A stretch of DNA of 64,000 bases from Gemmatirosa kalamazoonensis. Its GTDB lineage: Bacteria; Gemmatimonadota; Gemmatimonadetes; Gemmatimonadales; Gemmatimonadaceae. A program made the position numbers and the translations under genes. The stretch lies in contig NZ_CP007128.1 in NCBI RefSeq assembly GCF_000522985.1, positions 974,220-1,038,219 of the forward strand. The letters are read 5' to 3'. The first letter of the stretch is position 1. Each line of letters opens with the position of its first letter. This document shows positions 8,535 through 18,764 of this stretch, piece after piece. The notes beneath the pieces were generated by a model. It worked only from the letters and a program-made list of their open reading frames with translations, was not told the DNA's origin and searched no databases.

Positions 8535-11169
8535 CGCCGGCGAGCATCGGCTCCGTGCGCAGCCACGCGACGGACGCCCACGACGGACGCGCGAGCGCGC
8601 TGTCGAAGTACACCGCCGACTTCCGGGCGTCGCCGAGCATGGCGTAGACGGTGCCGAAGTTCGAGAGCGGGCCGACGCCCTCGAGCGCGTCCTTGCTCGG
8701 CGGCTGGAGCTCCTCCCCGCGCGACGCCGCGCGCACCGCGGCATCGGCGTGCCCGAGCCCCGCCTCAGCGACGGCGAGCGACTGGTAGATCCACGACTGA
8801 TCCGGCTGATCGTCGCGCAGCCGCTCGAGGCGCACGCGCGCGGAGTCGAGCTGCACGCGCGCCGCGGGGAGACGCTGGAGCTGCCAGAGCATCGTCCCCT
8901 TCTCGAGGTGGTAGAGCGCGGTGTCCAGGCCGTACGCGCCCGGGCGGAGCTTCGCGAGGAACTCGTCCAGGTTCGGGTGGCGGATGACGCGCGTCAGCTC
9001 CACCATCGGCGGCCGCCAGGCGTTAGGCGGCACGCGCTCCTCAGCGGTGCGCAGGATGTCGCGCGCCGCGGCGACGTCGCCGCGCTCGTTCAGGACGAGC
9101 CGCATGCGCTGCGTGTACGCCTCGAGGAAATCGGGCGCCAGCGCCGTCGCGTGCTCGAGGTGCTTGCGCGCCTCCGCGTACTGACGGATGAACAGCAGCG
9201 TCTCGCCGAGGTTGAACCACGCGCGCGCCGAGTTCGGGTCGAGCTCCGCGGAGCGACGGTAGCTCTCGATCGCCTCGCGGAACTTCCCCTGCCGGCGGCT
9301 CACGTTCCCGAGCTGCAGGAACACCTCGGCGTCGCTCGGCTGGAGCTGGCCGGCGCGCGTGAACTCCTGGATCGCGCGCTCGTAGTCCTGCCGTCCCCAG
9401 TAGTAGTACAGGCCGAGCGCGATGTGCCCCTCGGCGAGGTTGGGGTCGAGCGCGAGCGCGCGGTCGGCGGCCTGCTTCGCCGCGAGCAGCCGCGCCTCGC
9501 CGGGGCCGATGCGCAGCCGGTGGATCCACGCGTGCGTGCGCGCGAGCTTCGCCTGCGCGAGCGCGAACGTGGGGTCGGTGTCGACCGCCTTCTGGTAGAA
9601 GTCGAGCGCCGAGAGCACGTCGGCGCGCGACCAGCTCCGGTTGTACGCCGCGTTGCCGCGCACGAGGTACTCGAACGCCTCGGCGCTGCGCGTCTGGCGC
9701 GAGGTGAGCCGCCGCTGCTCGTCGCCGACGAGCACGATGTCGAGCGCCTCGGCGACGTTCGCCGCGAGCTGCGAGTGGATCCGCGTCGCGCTCCCCGACG
9801 GCACGTCGAAGCTGAACGTCTTCACCAGCTCGTCGTCGGCGGCGCGCACGAGCCGCGCGCTCAGGTGCACGCTGTCGTTCGCGCCGAGCCACCGCACCGT
9901 CCCCTCGACGAGGTACCCGACGTCCAGCTCGCGCGCGATGTCGCGGTGCGAGAGCTGGCTGTCGCGGTACTTCTTCGTGCTGGAGTACGCGATCACGCGC
10001 AGCCCCGAGATCCCCGCCAGCTCGTCGGTGATCGCCTCCGCGGTGCCGTCGGCGAGCTGCGGGTCGGCGGTGGCCCCGTCGCCGCGGAACGGCAGCACGG
10101 CGATGCGCGGGCTCTCGCCGGCCGCGGGCGCGTCGTGCCGGAGCTGCCGCGCGGCAAGGAAGCCGGCGACGCCGAGCACCGCCGCGGCGACGACGGCGAG
10201 CACCGGCCGACGCCACGCGGGCGCCGGGCGCGCGGCGGACGCGGAAGGCGTATCGGTGGCGACGGGCAGCTGGAGCGGCGTGGCGTACGTCACGCCTCCC
10301 GCGACCCCGGCCCGCACCGCGTCGAGGAACGCCCCGATCGACGGGAAGCGATCGGCCGGCACCTTCGCGAGCGCGCGCTGGATCGCCTGGTCGACCCCCA
10401 TCGGCACGCCGGGGCGCAGGATGCACACCGACGGCACCGGCGCCTGGAAGTGGCGCGCCATGATCGCGTGCGGCGTCGGCCCCATGAACGGCGGCTCGCC
10501 GGCGAGCAGCTCGTAGAGCACGCACGCCAGGCTGTACTGGTCCGCCGCGCCGTCGATGCGCCGCGTCTCGCCCCACTGCTCGGGGCTCATGTACGCGCTG
10601 GTGCCGACGGCGAGCCCGGTCGCGGTGAGACGCGCCTCGTTGCTCTCGTCGACCGCGCGCGCGACGCCGAAGTCGCAGACGAGCGCGTGGCCGCGCGAGA
10701 TGAGGAGGTTCTCGGGCTTGATGTCGCGGTGGACGAGCCCCTGCTCGTGGGCATAGGCGAGCGCCTCCCCGGCCTCGACCACGAACCGGACCGCCTCCTC
10801 GAGCGGGAGCTGGCCGCGCCGGACGAGGAGCTGGCGGAGCGACTCCCCCTCGACGAACGGCATGACGTAGAACAGGCGGCCGTCGGCGTCCCCGGCGTCG
10901 TAGATGGGGACGATGTTCGGGTGGTTCAGCCGGCCGACGTGCTCGATCTCGCGCCGGAAGCGCTCGATGCCGGTGTCGAACGAGAGCTCCTGGCGCAGGA
11001 GCTTCACCGCGACGGTGCGTCCCTGCTCGCGGTCCTCGGCCAGGTACACGGTCGCCATCCCGCCACGACCGAGCTCGCGCTGCACGACGTAGCGCCCCTT
11101 CAGCGCCGCGCGGAGCGCGTCCCCCGAGTTCAGTAGGTCCGCAGCGGCCTGCGGATCGTTCTGCTCCAT
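8482..11169 (-). CDS. Serine/threonine protein kinase with C-terminal TPR repeats, TM-anchored
   Basis: Hanks kinase motifs: VAVKLL, HRDIKPENLL, DFGVA, SAYMSPEQ. A hydrophobic segment follows the kinase domain. The long C-terminus carries TPR-like repeats (YQKAV..DP...A...LA). Confidence 0.85.
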   Translation of the reverse strand: MEQNDPQAAADLLNSGDALRAALKGRYVVQRELGRGGMATVYLAEDREQGRTVAVKLLRQELSFDTGIERFRREIEHVGRLNHPNIVPIYDAGDADGRLFYVMPFVEGESLRQLLVRRGQLPLEEAVRFVVEAGEALAYAHEQGLVHRDIKPENLLISRGHALVCDFGVARAVDESNEARLTATGLAVGTSAYMSPEQWGETRRIDGAADQYSLACVLYELLAGEPPFMGPTPHAIMARHFQAPVPSVCILRPGVPMGVDQAIQRALAKVPADRFPSIGAFLDAVRAGVAGGVTYATPLQLPVATDTPSASAARPAPAWRRPVLAVVAAAVLGVAGFLAARQLRHDAPAAGESPRIAVLPFRGDGATADPQLADGTAEAITDELAGISGLRVIAYSSTKKYRDSQLSHRDIARELDVGYLVEGTVRWLGANDSVHLSARLVRAADDELVKTFSFDVPSGSATRIHSQLAANVAEALDIVLVGDEQRRLTSRQTRSAEAFEYLVRGNAAYNRSWSRADVLSALDFYQKAVDTDPTFALAQAKLARTHAWIHRLRIGPGEARLLAAKQAADRALALDPNLAEGHIALGLYYYWGRQDYERAIQEFTRAGQLQPSDAEVFLQLGNVSRRQGKFREAIESYRRSAELDPNSARAWFNLGETLLFIRQYAEARKHLEHATALAPDFLEAYTQRMRLVLNERGDVAAARDILRTAEERVPPNAWRPPMVELTRVIRHPNLDEFLAKLRPGAYGLDTALYHLEKGTMLWQLQRLPAARVQLDSARVRLERLRDDQPDQSWIYQSLAVAEAGLGHADAAVRAASRGEELQPPSKDALEGVGPLSNFGTVYAMLGDARKSAVYFDSALARPSWASVAWLRTEPMLAGVRNDPAFQQLFARWERR

Positions 11170-11290
11170 GCGCCTCCAGGCCGTACCACGTCTCGTTACG
11201 TGCTGAAGCTTACGGCGCCGTCATGATGCGGGCAAACTTCCGTCTCGGGCGGCGATTGCTCTCACCTGGCCCTCGTCACATCGTTGCGTC

Positions 11291-12736
11291 GTGAAACGCC
11301 TGAGACCGTCGACCCTCTGGAGCGCGGCCCGCGCCCGGCGCCGCTCGCTCGGCCGACGGATCGCCATCGCGGCGGAGGCGGCGCGACGGCGGCTGCGGGA
11401 GCGGCTCGAGGCTCGCTTCGCCGACTGGAGCCCCGACGGCCCGACGCCGGGCGCGACGTCGGGCGGGGTGCCGACGCGATCCGCGGCCGCCGGGCCGACG
11501 CGGGTCGGCTACTACCTGTGGCGCTTCCCGCTGCTGAGCGAGACGTTCATCCGTCGGGAGATGGCGGCGCTGGTCGAGGCCGGGGTGCCGGTGGCGGTGG
11601 TGGCCGACGAGCGCGACGACGCGCGGACGCCCGACCGCGCCACCGCCACCATGCTGCCATACGCGGCGTACGTGCTGCCCGTGTCATACCCCGCACTGCT
11701 CGCGCAGGCCGCGGGCTTCCTCGCGCGGCGCCCGCTGACGTTCCTGCGCCTCGCCCTGTTCGTCGCGGTGACCCGCTACGACCGCGACAAGTCGCTCGCC
11801 GCCGACGCGCGGCTGTTCGGCAAGGCCGTCGCCGTCGCTGCGCGGATGCGCGCGCTCGGCGTGGGGCACGTGCACTCGCCGTGGGCGAACGCGAACGCGC
11901 TCGTCGCGCTCGTCGCGTCGCGGCTCATGGGTGTCGGCTTCAGCGTGCAGGCGCGCGCCCACGACCTGCACCGCGACGACACCGCGTTCGCGCTGCCGAC
12001 GAAGTTCCGCCACGCGCGCTTCGTGGTGACGAACACGCGGTACAACGAGGCCGGCGTGCGCGCGCTGCTGCCGGACGGCGAGCGGGCGAAGGTGCACCGC
12101 ATCCACAACGGCATCGACCTGGCCGACTTCGTGCCGCTCCGCGTGCCTAACGACGACGGCGTGGCGCGGATCCTCACGGTGGCGCGTCTCATCGAGCCGA
12201 AGGGACTCACGCTGCTGCTGCGCGCGTGCGCCGCGCTCCGTGACCGCGGCGTCGCGTTCCGGTGCGACGTGATCGGCGGGCCGGAGGAGCCGCTGTACAC
12301 GGCGTACCGCGTGCAGCTCGGCGTGCTGCACCGGCAGCTCGACCTCGCGCCGCACGTGCGCTTCCGCGGCGCGCTGCCGTTCGCCAAGGTGCTCGACGCG
12401 TATCGAACGGCCGACCTGTTCGTGCTGCCGTGCGTGGAGGCGGCGAACGGATCGAAGGACATCACGCCGAACGCGCTCATCGAGGCCATGGCGATGGGGC
12501 TGCCGGTGATCTCGACGCGCATGACGGGCATCCCGGAGATCGTCGACGACGGCTGCAGCGGCGTGCTCGTCGCGCCCGGCGACGTCGACGCGCTCACCGA
12601 CGCGATGCTCGCGCTCCTCGACGACCCGGAGCGGCGCGCGCGGCTCGGGGTGGAGGCGCGGCGCGCGGTGGAGGCGCGGTTCGACATCCGCACGAACGTG
12701 CGGGAGTACGTGCGGCTGTTCCGCGATGTCTGCTGA
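11291..12736 (+). CDS. Glycosyltransferase family 4 (GT-B, RfaG-like)
   Basis: ...ARLIEPKGLTLLLRA...VLPCVEAANGSKDITPNALIEAMAMGLPVISTRMTGIPEIVDDGCSGVLV.... The N-terminal start is uncertain. Confidence 0.7.
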   Translation: MKRLRPSTLWSAARARRRSLGRRIAIAAEAARRRLRERLEARFADWSPDGPTPGATSGGVPTRSAAAGPTRVGYYLWRFPLLSETFIRREMAALVEAGVPVAVVADERDDARTPDRATATMLPYAAYVLPVSYPALLAQAAGFLARRPLTFLRLALFVAVTRYDRDKSLAADARLFGKAVAVAARMRALGVGHVHSPWANANALVALVASRLMGVGFSVQARAHDLHRDDTAFALPTKFRHARFVVTNTRYNEAGVRALLPDGERAKVHRIHNGIDLADFVPLRVPNDDGVARILTVARLIEPKGLTLLLRACAALRDRGVAFRCDVIGGPEEPLYTAYRVQLGVLHRQLDLAPHVRFRGALPFAKVLDAYRTADLFVLPCVEAANGSKDITPNALIEAMAMGLPVISTRMTGIPEIVDDGCSGVLVAPGDVDALTDAMLALLDDPERRARLGVEARRAVEARFDIRTNVREYVRLFRDVC

Positions 12737-13823
12737 CGACGTCACGGTGGTGCTGCTGACGCTCGGCGAGGCGTCGGCGGATCGCGCGCGGGAGAGCGTG
12801 CGGCGGCAGACCGCAGCGCCGGCGGCAGTGGTGGAGGTGCGCGACGTGCGCCCGTTCCACCGCGCGCTGAACGAGGGCGTGTCGCGCGTGCGCACGCCGC
12901 TGCTGCTGCAGCTCGACGCGGACATGACGCTCGACGCGCGGTGCGTGGAGACGCTGCGCGCGGCGATGCACGCCGACCCCGCCGTCGGCGTCGCGGTGGC
13001 GTTCCTGCGCGACCCGCTCGTGGGGCGCGTGAGCGGCGTGAAGATGTTCCGCCGCGCGTGCTTCGACGCGGCGCCGTTCCGCGACAGCGTGTCGCCGGAC
13101 ACCGACTTCCTGGCCGAGATCCGGCGCGCGGGATGGCGCGACGTGTACGTGCTCGACTTCGCGGGCGACGACCGCGGGCGGTGGCACACGCTCGGCACGC
13201 ACGAGCCGGCGTACGACGCGCGCTACACATACGCGAAGTACCTGCTGGAGGGCGCGCGCCACCGCCACCACCGCGACGCCTCGGCGCTCCGCTGGCACCT
13301 CGGCGAGCTGCGGCGGAGTCGGCACCCGCAGGCGACGCTCGCGCGGGTCGCGATGGTGCACGGCATCCTCGCCGGCGGCGACGCCGATCTGCTCGGCCTC
13401 CCGCAGGCCGACGCGGGATACGCGAGCTACGAGGCGTTCGTCGCGGCGGGCGGCGAGCATCCGGAACGCGCGTGGGGGCGCGGCGTGTGGCTGTCGGCGC
13501 GCCCGGAGGCGCTGTTCCGGCAGCACCATGTGTTAGGCGCCGCGCTCCGCCGTGCCGGCGCGTTCGACGCGTTCGCGCGTGCGTGGCGGGACATCGAGGA
13601 GAGCGGCGACCGGCTGCACTGGATCGCGCTCGCCGGCCTCGCGCGCGGCGCGTTGGGCGGGGGCGCGACGATCGACGAGGATCTCGCGGTGCTGCGGCCG
13701 CTGCTGCCGTCGCCGGCCGAGGCGCTGCGTGGGAAGCTCGGCGACGCCGCGCGGCGGGTGCGCCGGTTCACGACTCCACGTACGAGTGTGCGTGGGACTG
13801 AAGAAGGACTGAAGGAGGACTGA
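12726..13823 (+). CDS. GT-A-fold glycosyltransferase-like protein
   Basis: VVLLTLGEASADRARESVRRQT...LLLQLDADMTLD (DxD). The C-terminal residues (TEEGLKED*) are encoded by hairpin element E. Confidence 0.45.
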   Translation: MSADDVTVVLLTLGEASADRARESVRRQTAAPAAVVEVRDVRPFHRALNEGVSRVRTPLLLQLDADMTLDARCVETLRAAMHADPAVGVAVAFLRDPLVGRVSGVKMFRRACFDAAPFRDSVSPDTDFLAEIRRAGWRDVYVLDFAGDDRGRWHTLGTHEPAYDARYTYAKYLLEGARHRHHRDASALRWHLGELRRSRHPQATLARVAMVHGILAGGDADLLGLPQADAGYASYEAFVAAGGEHPERAWGRGVWLSARPEALFRQHHVLGAALRRAGAFDAFARAWRDIEESGDRLHWIALAGLARGALGGGATIDEDLAVLRPLLPSPAEALRGKLGDAARRVRRFTTPRTSVRGTEEGLKED

Positions 13824-13888
13824 AGAAGGACCAACAACTCCGTTGGTGTTCTCCTTCTTCAATCCCTCTTCAGTCCTTCTTCCGTCCT
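13795..13888. repeat. Family-E hairpin: arms are 3 copies of GGACTGAAG(A/G)AG with a central CCAACAACTCCGTTGGTG loop
   Basis: Imperfect inverted tandem-unit arms. Overlaps the last codons and the stop of the upstream CDS. Confidence 0.65.
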
Positions 13889-13933
13889 CCAGAACACGTA
13901 CGTGGAGCCCAGCGTGGCGCGACGGAAGCCGCG

Positions 13934-15037
13934 TCACACGACGGCCAGGATGTCGACCAGCGTGCGGTAGGATCTCGCGCCGAGGATCGCGTCGACGCGG
14001 CTCGCGTACGGACGCCGGACGGCCCGGCGTGCGCGGTCGATGAACGCGTCCGCCGTGTACGGCTCGACGAGCAGGTCGGGGTGGCAGAGCGGCCAGTTGC
14101 CGCTGTTGGGCGACGTCACGACGTTCGCGCCGAGCGCCGCGGCCTCGAACAGGATGCCGGGCGCCGCGTCCCACGCGGACGGGCCGACGACCACCCGCGC
14201 GCGTCCCATGAGGGCGAACAGCTCGCGCCGCGACGCGACGAGGCCGTGGGCGACCGCGCCGCCTAACGGATCGTCGAGCAGCCCGGCGACGTGCGACCGC
14301 AGCTCGGGGCAGCCGGCGACGATCGCGCGCACGAGCGGGAGGTTCTTCTCCGGGCGGTTCCACCGGCTGGCGACGAACAGCAGATCCACGTCGCGCTCGT
14401 CGAACGGGCGCGCGAGGTCCGCGTGGCGCGCGGCCTCGCCGTGGATCCACTCGGCCATCCACACGACGTCGGGGTACAGCTTCCCCGCGTGTGTCGGGTA
14501 GAAGCGGCGCAGCAGCTCGTGCACGAGCGGCGCGTGCGCGACGACGAGGTCCGCGCGCTCCACGGCCTCGCGCTCGAGCGCGTGGAAGAGCATGGGTCGC
14601 TCCGTCGTGCGGAGCGCGTCGAGCACCGCGGTCGCGTCGCCGTAGCGGGCGAGGTACGCGTCGATCTGGTCGCATCCCGCGGTCAGGAACACGAGCGGGG
14701 TGTCGGGCGCGGCGTGCTTCAGCACGAGCGCGGCGATGTAGCCGACGGCGAGGACCACGTCCGGCGCGACCGTGCGCACGAGCTCCGCGAGCCGCGGCTG
14801 CGGATCGTGGAAGCGCCGCGCGAGCACGTGGGTGTGGACGTCGGGGAGCGCGCGCGGGTTGCCATACGCGTCGCCGAACCGCTCGCGCAGGAACGGCTCG
14901 AGCGATCCGTCGACGAGGCTCACGTACGCGGCGCACGACGTCTCCGCGCGCAGCCGCTCGTACAGCGCGTACGTCGCGGTGCTCGCGCCGCCGTAGCCCG
15001 GCGGCTCGTAGCAGGCGACGAGGATCCGCCGGCTCAC
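13934..15037 (-). CDS. Glycosyltransferase (GT-B type)
   Basis: 367-aa segment VSRRILVACYEPPGYGGASTATYALYERL...FEAAALGANVVTSPNSGNWPLCHP. The GTG start overlaps the asnB stop (GTGA). The track's 1034-aa ORF 13934..17038 is a fusion artefact. Confidence 0.55.
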   Translation of the reverse strand: MSRRILVACYEPPGYGGASTATYALYERLRAETSCAAYVSLVDGSLEPFLRERFGDAYGNPRALPDVHTHVLARRFHDPQPRLAELVRTVAPDVVLAVGYIAALVLKHAAPDTPLVFLTAGCDQIDAYLARYGDATAVLDALRTTERPMLFHALEREAVERADLVVAHAPLVHELLRRFYPTHAGKLYPDVVWMAEWIHGEAARHADLARPFDERDVDLLFVASRWNRPEKNLPLVRAIVAGCPELRSHVAGLLDDPLGGAVAHGLVASRRELFALMGRARVVVGPSAWDAAPGILFEAAALGANVVTSPNSGNWPLCHPDLLVEPYTADAFIDRARRAVRRPYASRVDAILGARSYRTLVDILAVV

Positions 15038-16875
15038 GTCGTGGTCGGCCGTCCGTGGCGCTCCGCCCACAAGGCGAGGCTCAACAGCCGCCAGAACAGC
15101 CAGCCGTGACTCGCGGCGCCGCGCTGGTGCTCGCCGTGCATCGCGCGCAGCGCACGTCGGCCCAACGGCACCCCGCAGATCTCGGCGCGGCCGAGCACCG
15201 CGTCCTCGAACAGCGCGCGGAGCGGGCCGCGGAACCACGCGTCGATCGGCACGGTGAAGCCGCGCTTCGCCGTCGTCTGGTGCGGTACGTGGCGGGCGAG
15301 CGCGTGACGCAGCGGCCGCTTGCCGATGCCGCTCGACGCGTCGAGGCACGTCGCCCAGTCCACGCGCGACGCGACGTCGACGACCTCGCGGTCGAGCAGG
15401 GGCATGCGCACCTCCAGCGCGTGGTGCATGCTCGCGCGGTCCACCTTCATCAGGATGCGCGGCAGGTGCATGCGCACCTCGAGCCAGCGCATCCAGCGCG
15501 CGGTGCGCCCCTCGTCCCAGTCGTCGTAGTCGAACGCCGTGTAGTCGTCGGGAAGCGGCGGCAGCTCGGGGAGCGCCGCACGCAGCGTCCGACGCCTGAC
15601 GGATCCGTGGTGGGTGCAGTAGACGTCGCCGATCGTGCGATGCAGCAGCCCCCAGTCGTCGCGCGCCGACGCGACGTGCCGGACCGCTCGCAACAGGCGC
15701 GGCTCGCGGAAGTGGCGCGCGATCCGCAGCACGGACGCGGAGCGGTCGGCATATCCCCAGAACAGCTCGTCGCCGCCGTCGCCGGAGAGCATCACCGTCA
15801 CGCGCTCGCGGGCGAGCCGCGAGATTGCGAGCGTGGGCAGGATCGAGTAGTCCGCGAACGGCTCGGCGCACGCGTCGTGCGCCTCGGTCACGAGCGCGAG
15901 CACCTCGCCGTCGTCGATGCGCCGCACGGTGTGCGCGAGGCCGATCGCGCGCGCGTACGCCGCGGCGTCGGTCGACTCGTCGGTCGCCGGATCGCCGGTC
16001 GCGAGCGTGAACGCGGGGATCGACGTGCCGAGCGTCTCCCGCGCGAGCGCGGCGACGAGCGGCGAGTCGACACCGCCGGAGAGGAAGGTGCCTAACGGTA
16101 CGTCGCTCACGACGTGGCGGCGCACCGCCGCGGCGACCGCCGACTCCACCGCTTCGAGCGCGTCGTCGCCGCGCAGGTCGGGCTCGCGGTCGCGCGGGAA
16201 GTCGTGGAAGCGGCCGCGCTCCGTGCGTCCCGCGGCGTCGACGGCGAGCCACGCGCCCGGCTCGAGCATCGCGGCATCGTCGTGCACCGCGTACGGCGCC
16301 GGGATCTGGTCGAAGCGCAGGAACAGCCCGAGCGCGTCCCTGCGCAGCGCGCTCGCGCGGGCCCACGGGTGCGCGAGGATCTGGTCGTACTGCGACCCGA
16401 AGACGAGCCCCCGCGCGACGCGCAGGTAGTACAGCGGCTTCATGCCGACGTGGTCGCGGGCGAGCAGCAGCCGGCGCGATGCCGAATCGTAGAACGCGAG
16501 CGCGAACATCCCGTCGAACCGCCGCAGCGCGTCGGGGCCCCACCGGATCAGCGCGTGCAGCGCGACCTCGGCGTCGCCGGTGGAGCGGAAGCAGACGCCG
16601 TCGCGCCGCAGCTCCGCACGCAGCTCGCGGAAGTTGTAGATCTCGCCGTTGCACACGAGCGCGAAGCGGCCGCTCGGGTCGAGCATCGGCTGGTGCCCCG
16701 CCGGCGTGAGGTCGAGCACCGCGAGGCGGCGGAAGCCGAGGAGGCACGCGTCGTCGCCCCACGCACCGACGTCGTCCGGGCCGCGGCGCGCGACGAGCGC
16801 GATCGATCGGTCGATCGTCGCGCGCCACCGCGCGGCGTCGGCCTCGAACGACAGCAGCCCGGCGATGCCGCACAT
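15034..16875 (-). CDS. asnB: Asparagine synthase (glutamine-hydrolysing)
   Basis: Start placed at MCGIAGLL (N-terminal nucleophile Cys2). PP-loop LSGGVDSPLVAAL. C-terminal synthetase domain. Track ORF 15034..16995. Confidence 0.8.
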   Translation of the reverse strand: MCGIAGLLSFEADAARWRATIDRSIALVARRGPDDVGAWGDDACLLGFRRLAVLDLTPAGHQPMLDPSGRFALVCNGEIYNFRELRAELRRDGVCFRSTGDAEVALHALIRWGPDALRRFDGMFALAFYDSASRRLLLARDHVGMKPLYYLRVARGLVFGSQYDQILAHPWARASALRRDALGLFLRFDQIPAPYAVHDDAAMLEPGAWLAVDAAGRTERGRFHDFPRDREPDLRGDDALEAVESAVAAAVRRHVVSDVPLGTFLSGGVDSPLVAALARETLGTSIPAFTLATGDPATDESTDAAAYARAIGLAHTVRRIDDGEVLALVTEAHDACAEPFADYSILPTLAISRLARERVTVMLSGDGGDELFWGYADRSASVLRIARHFREPRLLRAVRHVASARDDWGLLHRTIGDVYCTHHGSVRRRTLRAALPELPPLPDDYTAFDYDDWDEGRTARWMRWLEVRMHLPRILMKVDRASMHHALEVRMPLLDREVVDVASRVDWATCLDASSGIGKRPLRHALARHVPHQTTAKRGFTVPIDAWFRGPLRALFEDAVLGRAEICGVPLGRRALRAMHGEHQRGAASHGWLFWRLLSLALWAERHGRPTTT

Positions 16876-16927
16876 GGACGTCGGTGTGGTGGCGGGAGGA
16901 AGCACCCGGTGTAGGTTGGGCCGGGCG

Positions 16928-17938
16928 ATGGCTACTATAGACGCAGTGTCGCGCCCCGTCCAACCCCAGCGCGCCGTCGAGGCGCTGCGCGACACGGTGC
17001 TCGCGACCGTCGGGCCGCTGCTCGGCTCCGCGCCCCACGCGCTCGTCGACTTCCCGAACTACCCGAACGTCGGCGACTCGGCGATCTACCTCGGCCAGCT
17101 CGCGTGCCTGCGCGCGTTAGGCGTGGGGGCTCCCGCGTACGTGTGCGACCTCGCGACGTACGACCGCGCGGCGCTCGCCCGCCGCGTGGGCGGCGGCACC
17201 ATCCTCCTCGCCGGCGGCGGCAACTTCGGCGACCTGTGGCCGTCGGTGCAGGCGGTGCGCGAGGACGTGATCCGGTCGTTCCCCGCGAACCGCGTCGTGC
17301 AGCTCCCGCAGACGATCCACTTCCGCGACCCCGCCGCGCTGCGCCGCGCGCGCGACGTCGTGCGCGCGCACCCCGCGCTCACGTTGCTCGTGCGCGACGC
17401 GCCGAGCCTGGAGATCGCGCGGCGCGAGCTCGGCGCCGACGCGAGGCTGTGCCCGGACATGGCGTTCTGCCTCGGCTCCCTGCGTCGGCCGCGTGCGCCG
17501 GACCACGACGTCGTGCGCCTCGCGCGCACCGACGCCGAGGCGGCGACGGCGCCTAACGACGCGGGCGTGCCGACGGTGGACTGGATGGACGAGCCGGAGA
17601 CCGCGCTGCGGCGGCTGAACTGGCGGCTCACCGCCGCGGTGCGCAAGCGGCGGCCGGGCGCGGCGATGCTCGCGCGGACGACCTACGGCCCGCTCGCGCG
17701 CCAGCGGCTGCGGCGCGGCCTGCGCATGCTCGCCGCCGGCCGCGCGGTCATTACCGACCGGCTGCACGGCCACATCCTCGCCCTGCTGCTCGGCATCCCG
17801 CACGTGCTGCTCGACGACGCGCACGGCAAGCTCGCCGGCTTCCACGCCGCGTGGACGCACGACGTCGTCGGGGTGCGGCACGCCACGTCGCTCGCCGAGG
17901 CGGTGGCGGCCGCGCGCGATCTGGCCCGGGATGGCTGA
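16928..17938 (+). CDS. Polysaccharide pyruvyl transferase family protein (CsaB/WcaK-like)
   Basis: Start at MATIDAVSRP, chosen to avoid overlap with the divergent asnB. ...GNFGDLW...ITDRLHGHILALLLGIPHVLLD... is typical of PS_pyruv_trans. Confidence 0.6.
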   Translation: MATIDAVSRPVQPQRAVEALRDTVLATVGPLLGSAPHALVDFPNYPNVGDSAIYLGQLACLRALGVGAPAYVCDLATYDRAALARRVGGGTILLAGGGNFGDLWPSVQAVREDVIRSFPANRVVQLPQTIHFRDPAALRRARDVVRAHPALTLLVRDAPSLEIARRELGADARLCPDMAFCLGSLRRPRAPDHDVVRLARTDAEAATAPNDAGVPTVDWMDEPETALRRLNWRLTAAVRKRRPGAAMLARTTYGPLARQRLRRGLRMLAAGRAVITDRLHGHILALLLGIPHVLLDDAHGKLAGFHAAWTHDVVGVRHATSLAEAVAAARDLARDG

Positions 17939-18764
17939 CGCGATCACCTATCTCGTCGCGAACCACAACCAGGCGCGCTACGTGGGCGACTGCCTCGCGT
18001 CGCTGCGCGGCCAGACCGACGACCGGTGGCGCGCCGTGGTGCTCGACGACGGGAGCACCGACGACTCGGTCGACGTCATCGCGCGATGCCTCGACGATCG
18101 AGTGTTGCTCGTGCGCCACACCACGAACCGGGGATACATCGCCGCGCTGCGCCGGCTGATCGACGAGGCGCCGACCGACGTCGTCGCGATCGTGGACGCC
18201 GACGACGCGCTCACGCCCGACGCGACCGCGCGGCTGCTCGACGCATGGGCCGCGCACCCGGACGCGGCGCTCGTGTACTCGCGGTTCGCCGCGTGCGACG
18301 AGACGCTGACGCGCACGCACGCGGTCCACGGATCGGCGCTGCCGCCGGGGGGCTGGTCGCTCTGGCACGCGACGGTGGGCCACGTCCTCAGCTTCCGCCG
18401 CACCGCGTATCGACGGACCGCGGGGCTCGACGACGCGATGCTGTACGCCGAGGACCGGGACCTCGTCTACAAGCTGGAGGAGCTCGCGCCGCCGGTGTTC
18501 GTGGACGCGGTGCTGTACCGCTACCGCGAGGTGCCGGGGTCGCAGAGCCGCGACCCGGCGAAGCGGCGCATCGGCGCGGCGAACGCGCGGCGCGCCCGGC
18601 TCGCGGCGCTCGCACGGCGCGGCGTGGGCGGACGGCGCCGGCTGCTCTGGACCACCGCGTTCCTCGCCGACTACGTCGCGGCCACGTCGCCGCGCGCGCG
18701 CGTGCGCGCCGCCGCGACGCGTGTGCTGCACGCGCTCGGGCGATGGCTCGCACCGGATCGCTGA
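17931..18764 (+). CDS. Glycosyltransferase family 2
   Basis: YLVANHNQARYVGDCLASLRGQT...VVLDDGSTDDS...IVDADDAL. Confidence 0.75.
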   Translation: MADAITYLVANHNQARYVGDCLASLRGQTDDRWRAVVLDDGSTDDSVDVIARCLDDRVLLVRHTTNRGYIAALRRLIDEAPTDVVAIVDADDALTPDATARLLDAWAAHPDAALVYSRFAACDETLTRTHAVHGSALPPGGWSLWHATVGHVLSFRRTAYRRTAGLDDAMLYAEDRDLVYKLEELAPPVFVDAVLYRYREVPGSQSRDPAKRRIGAANARRARLAALARRGVGGRRRLLWTTAFLADYVAATSPRARVRAAATRVLHALGRWLAPDR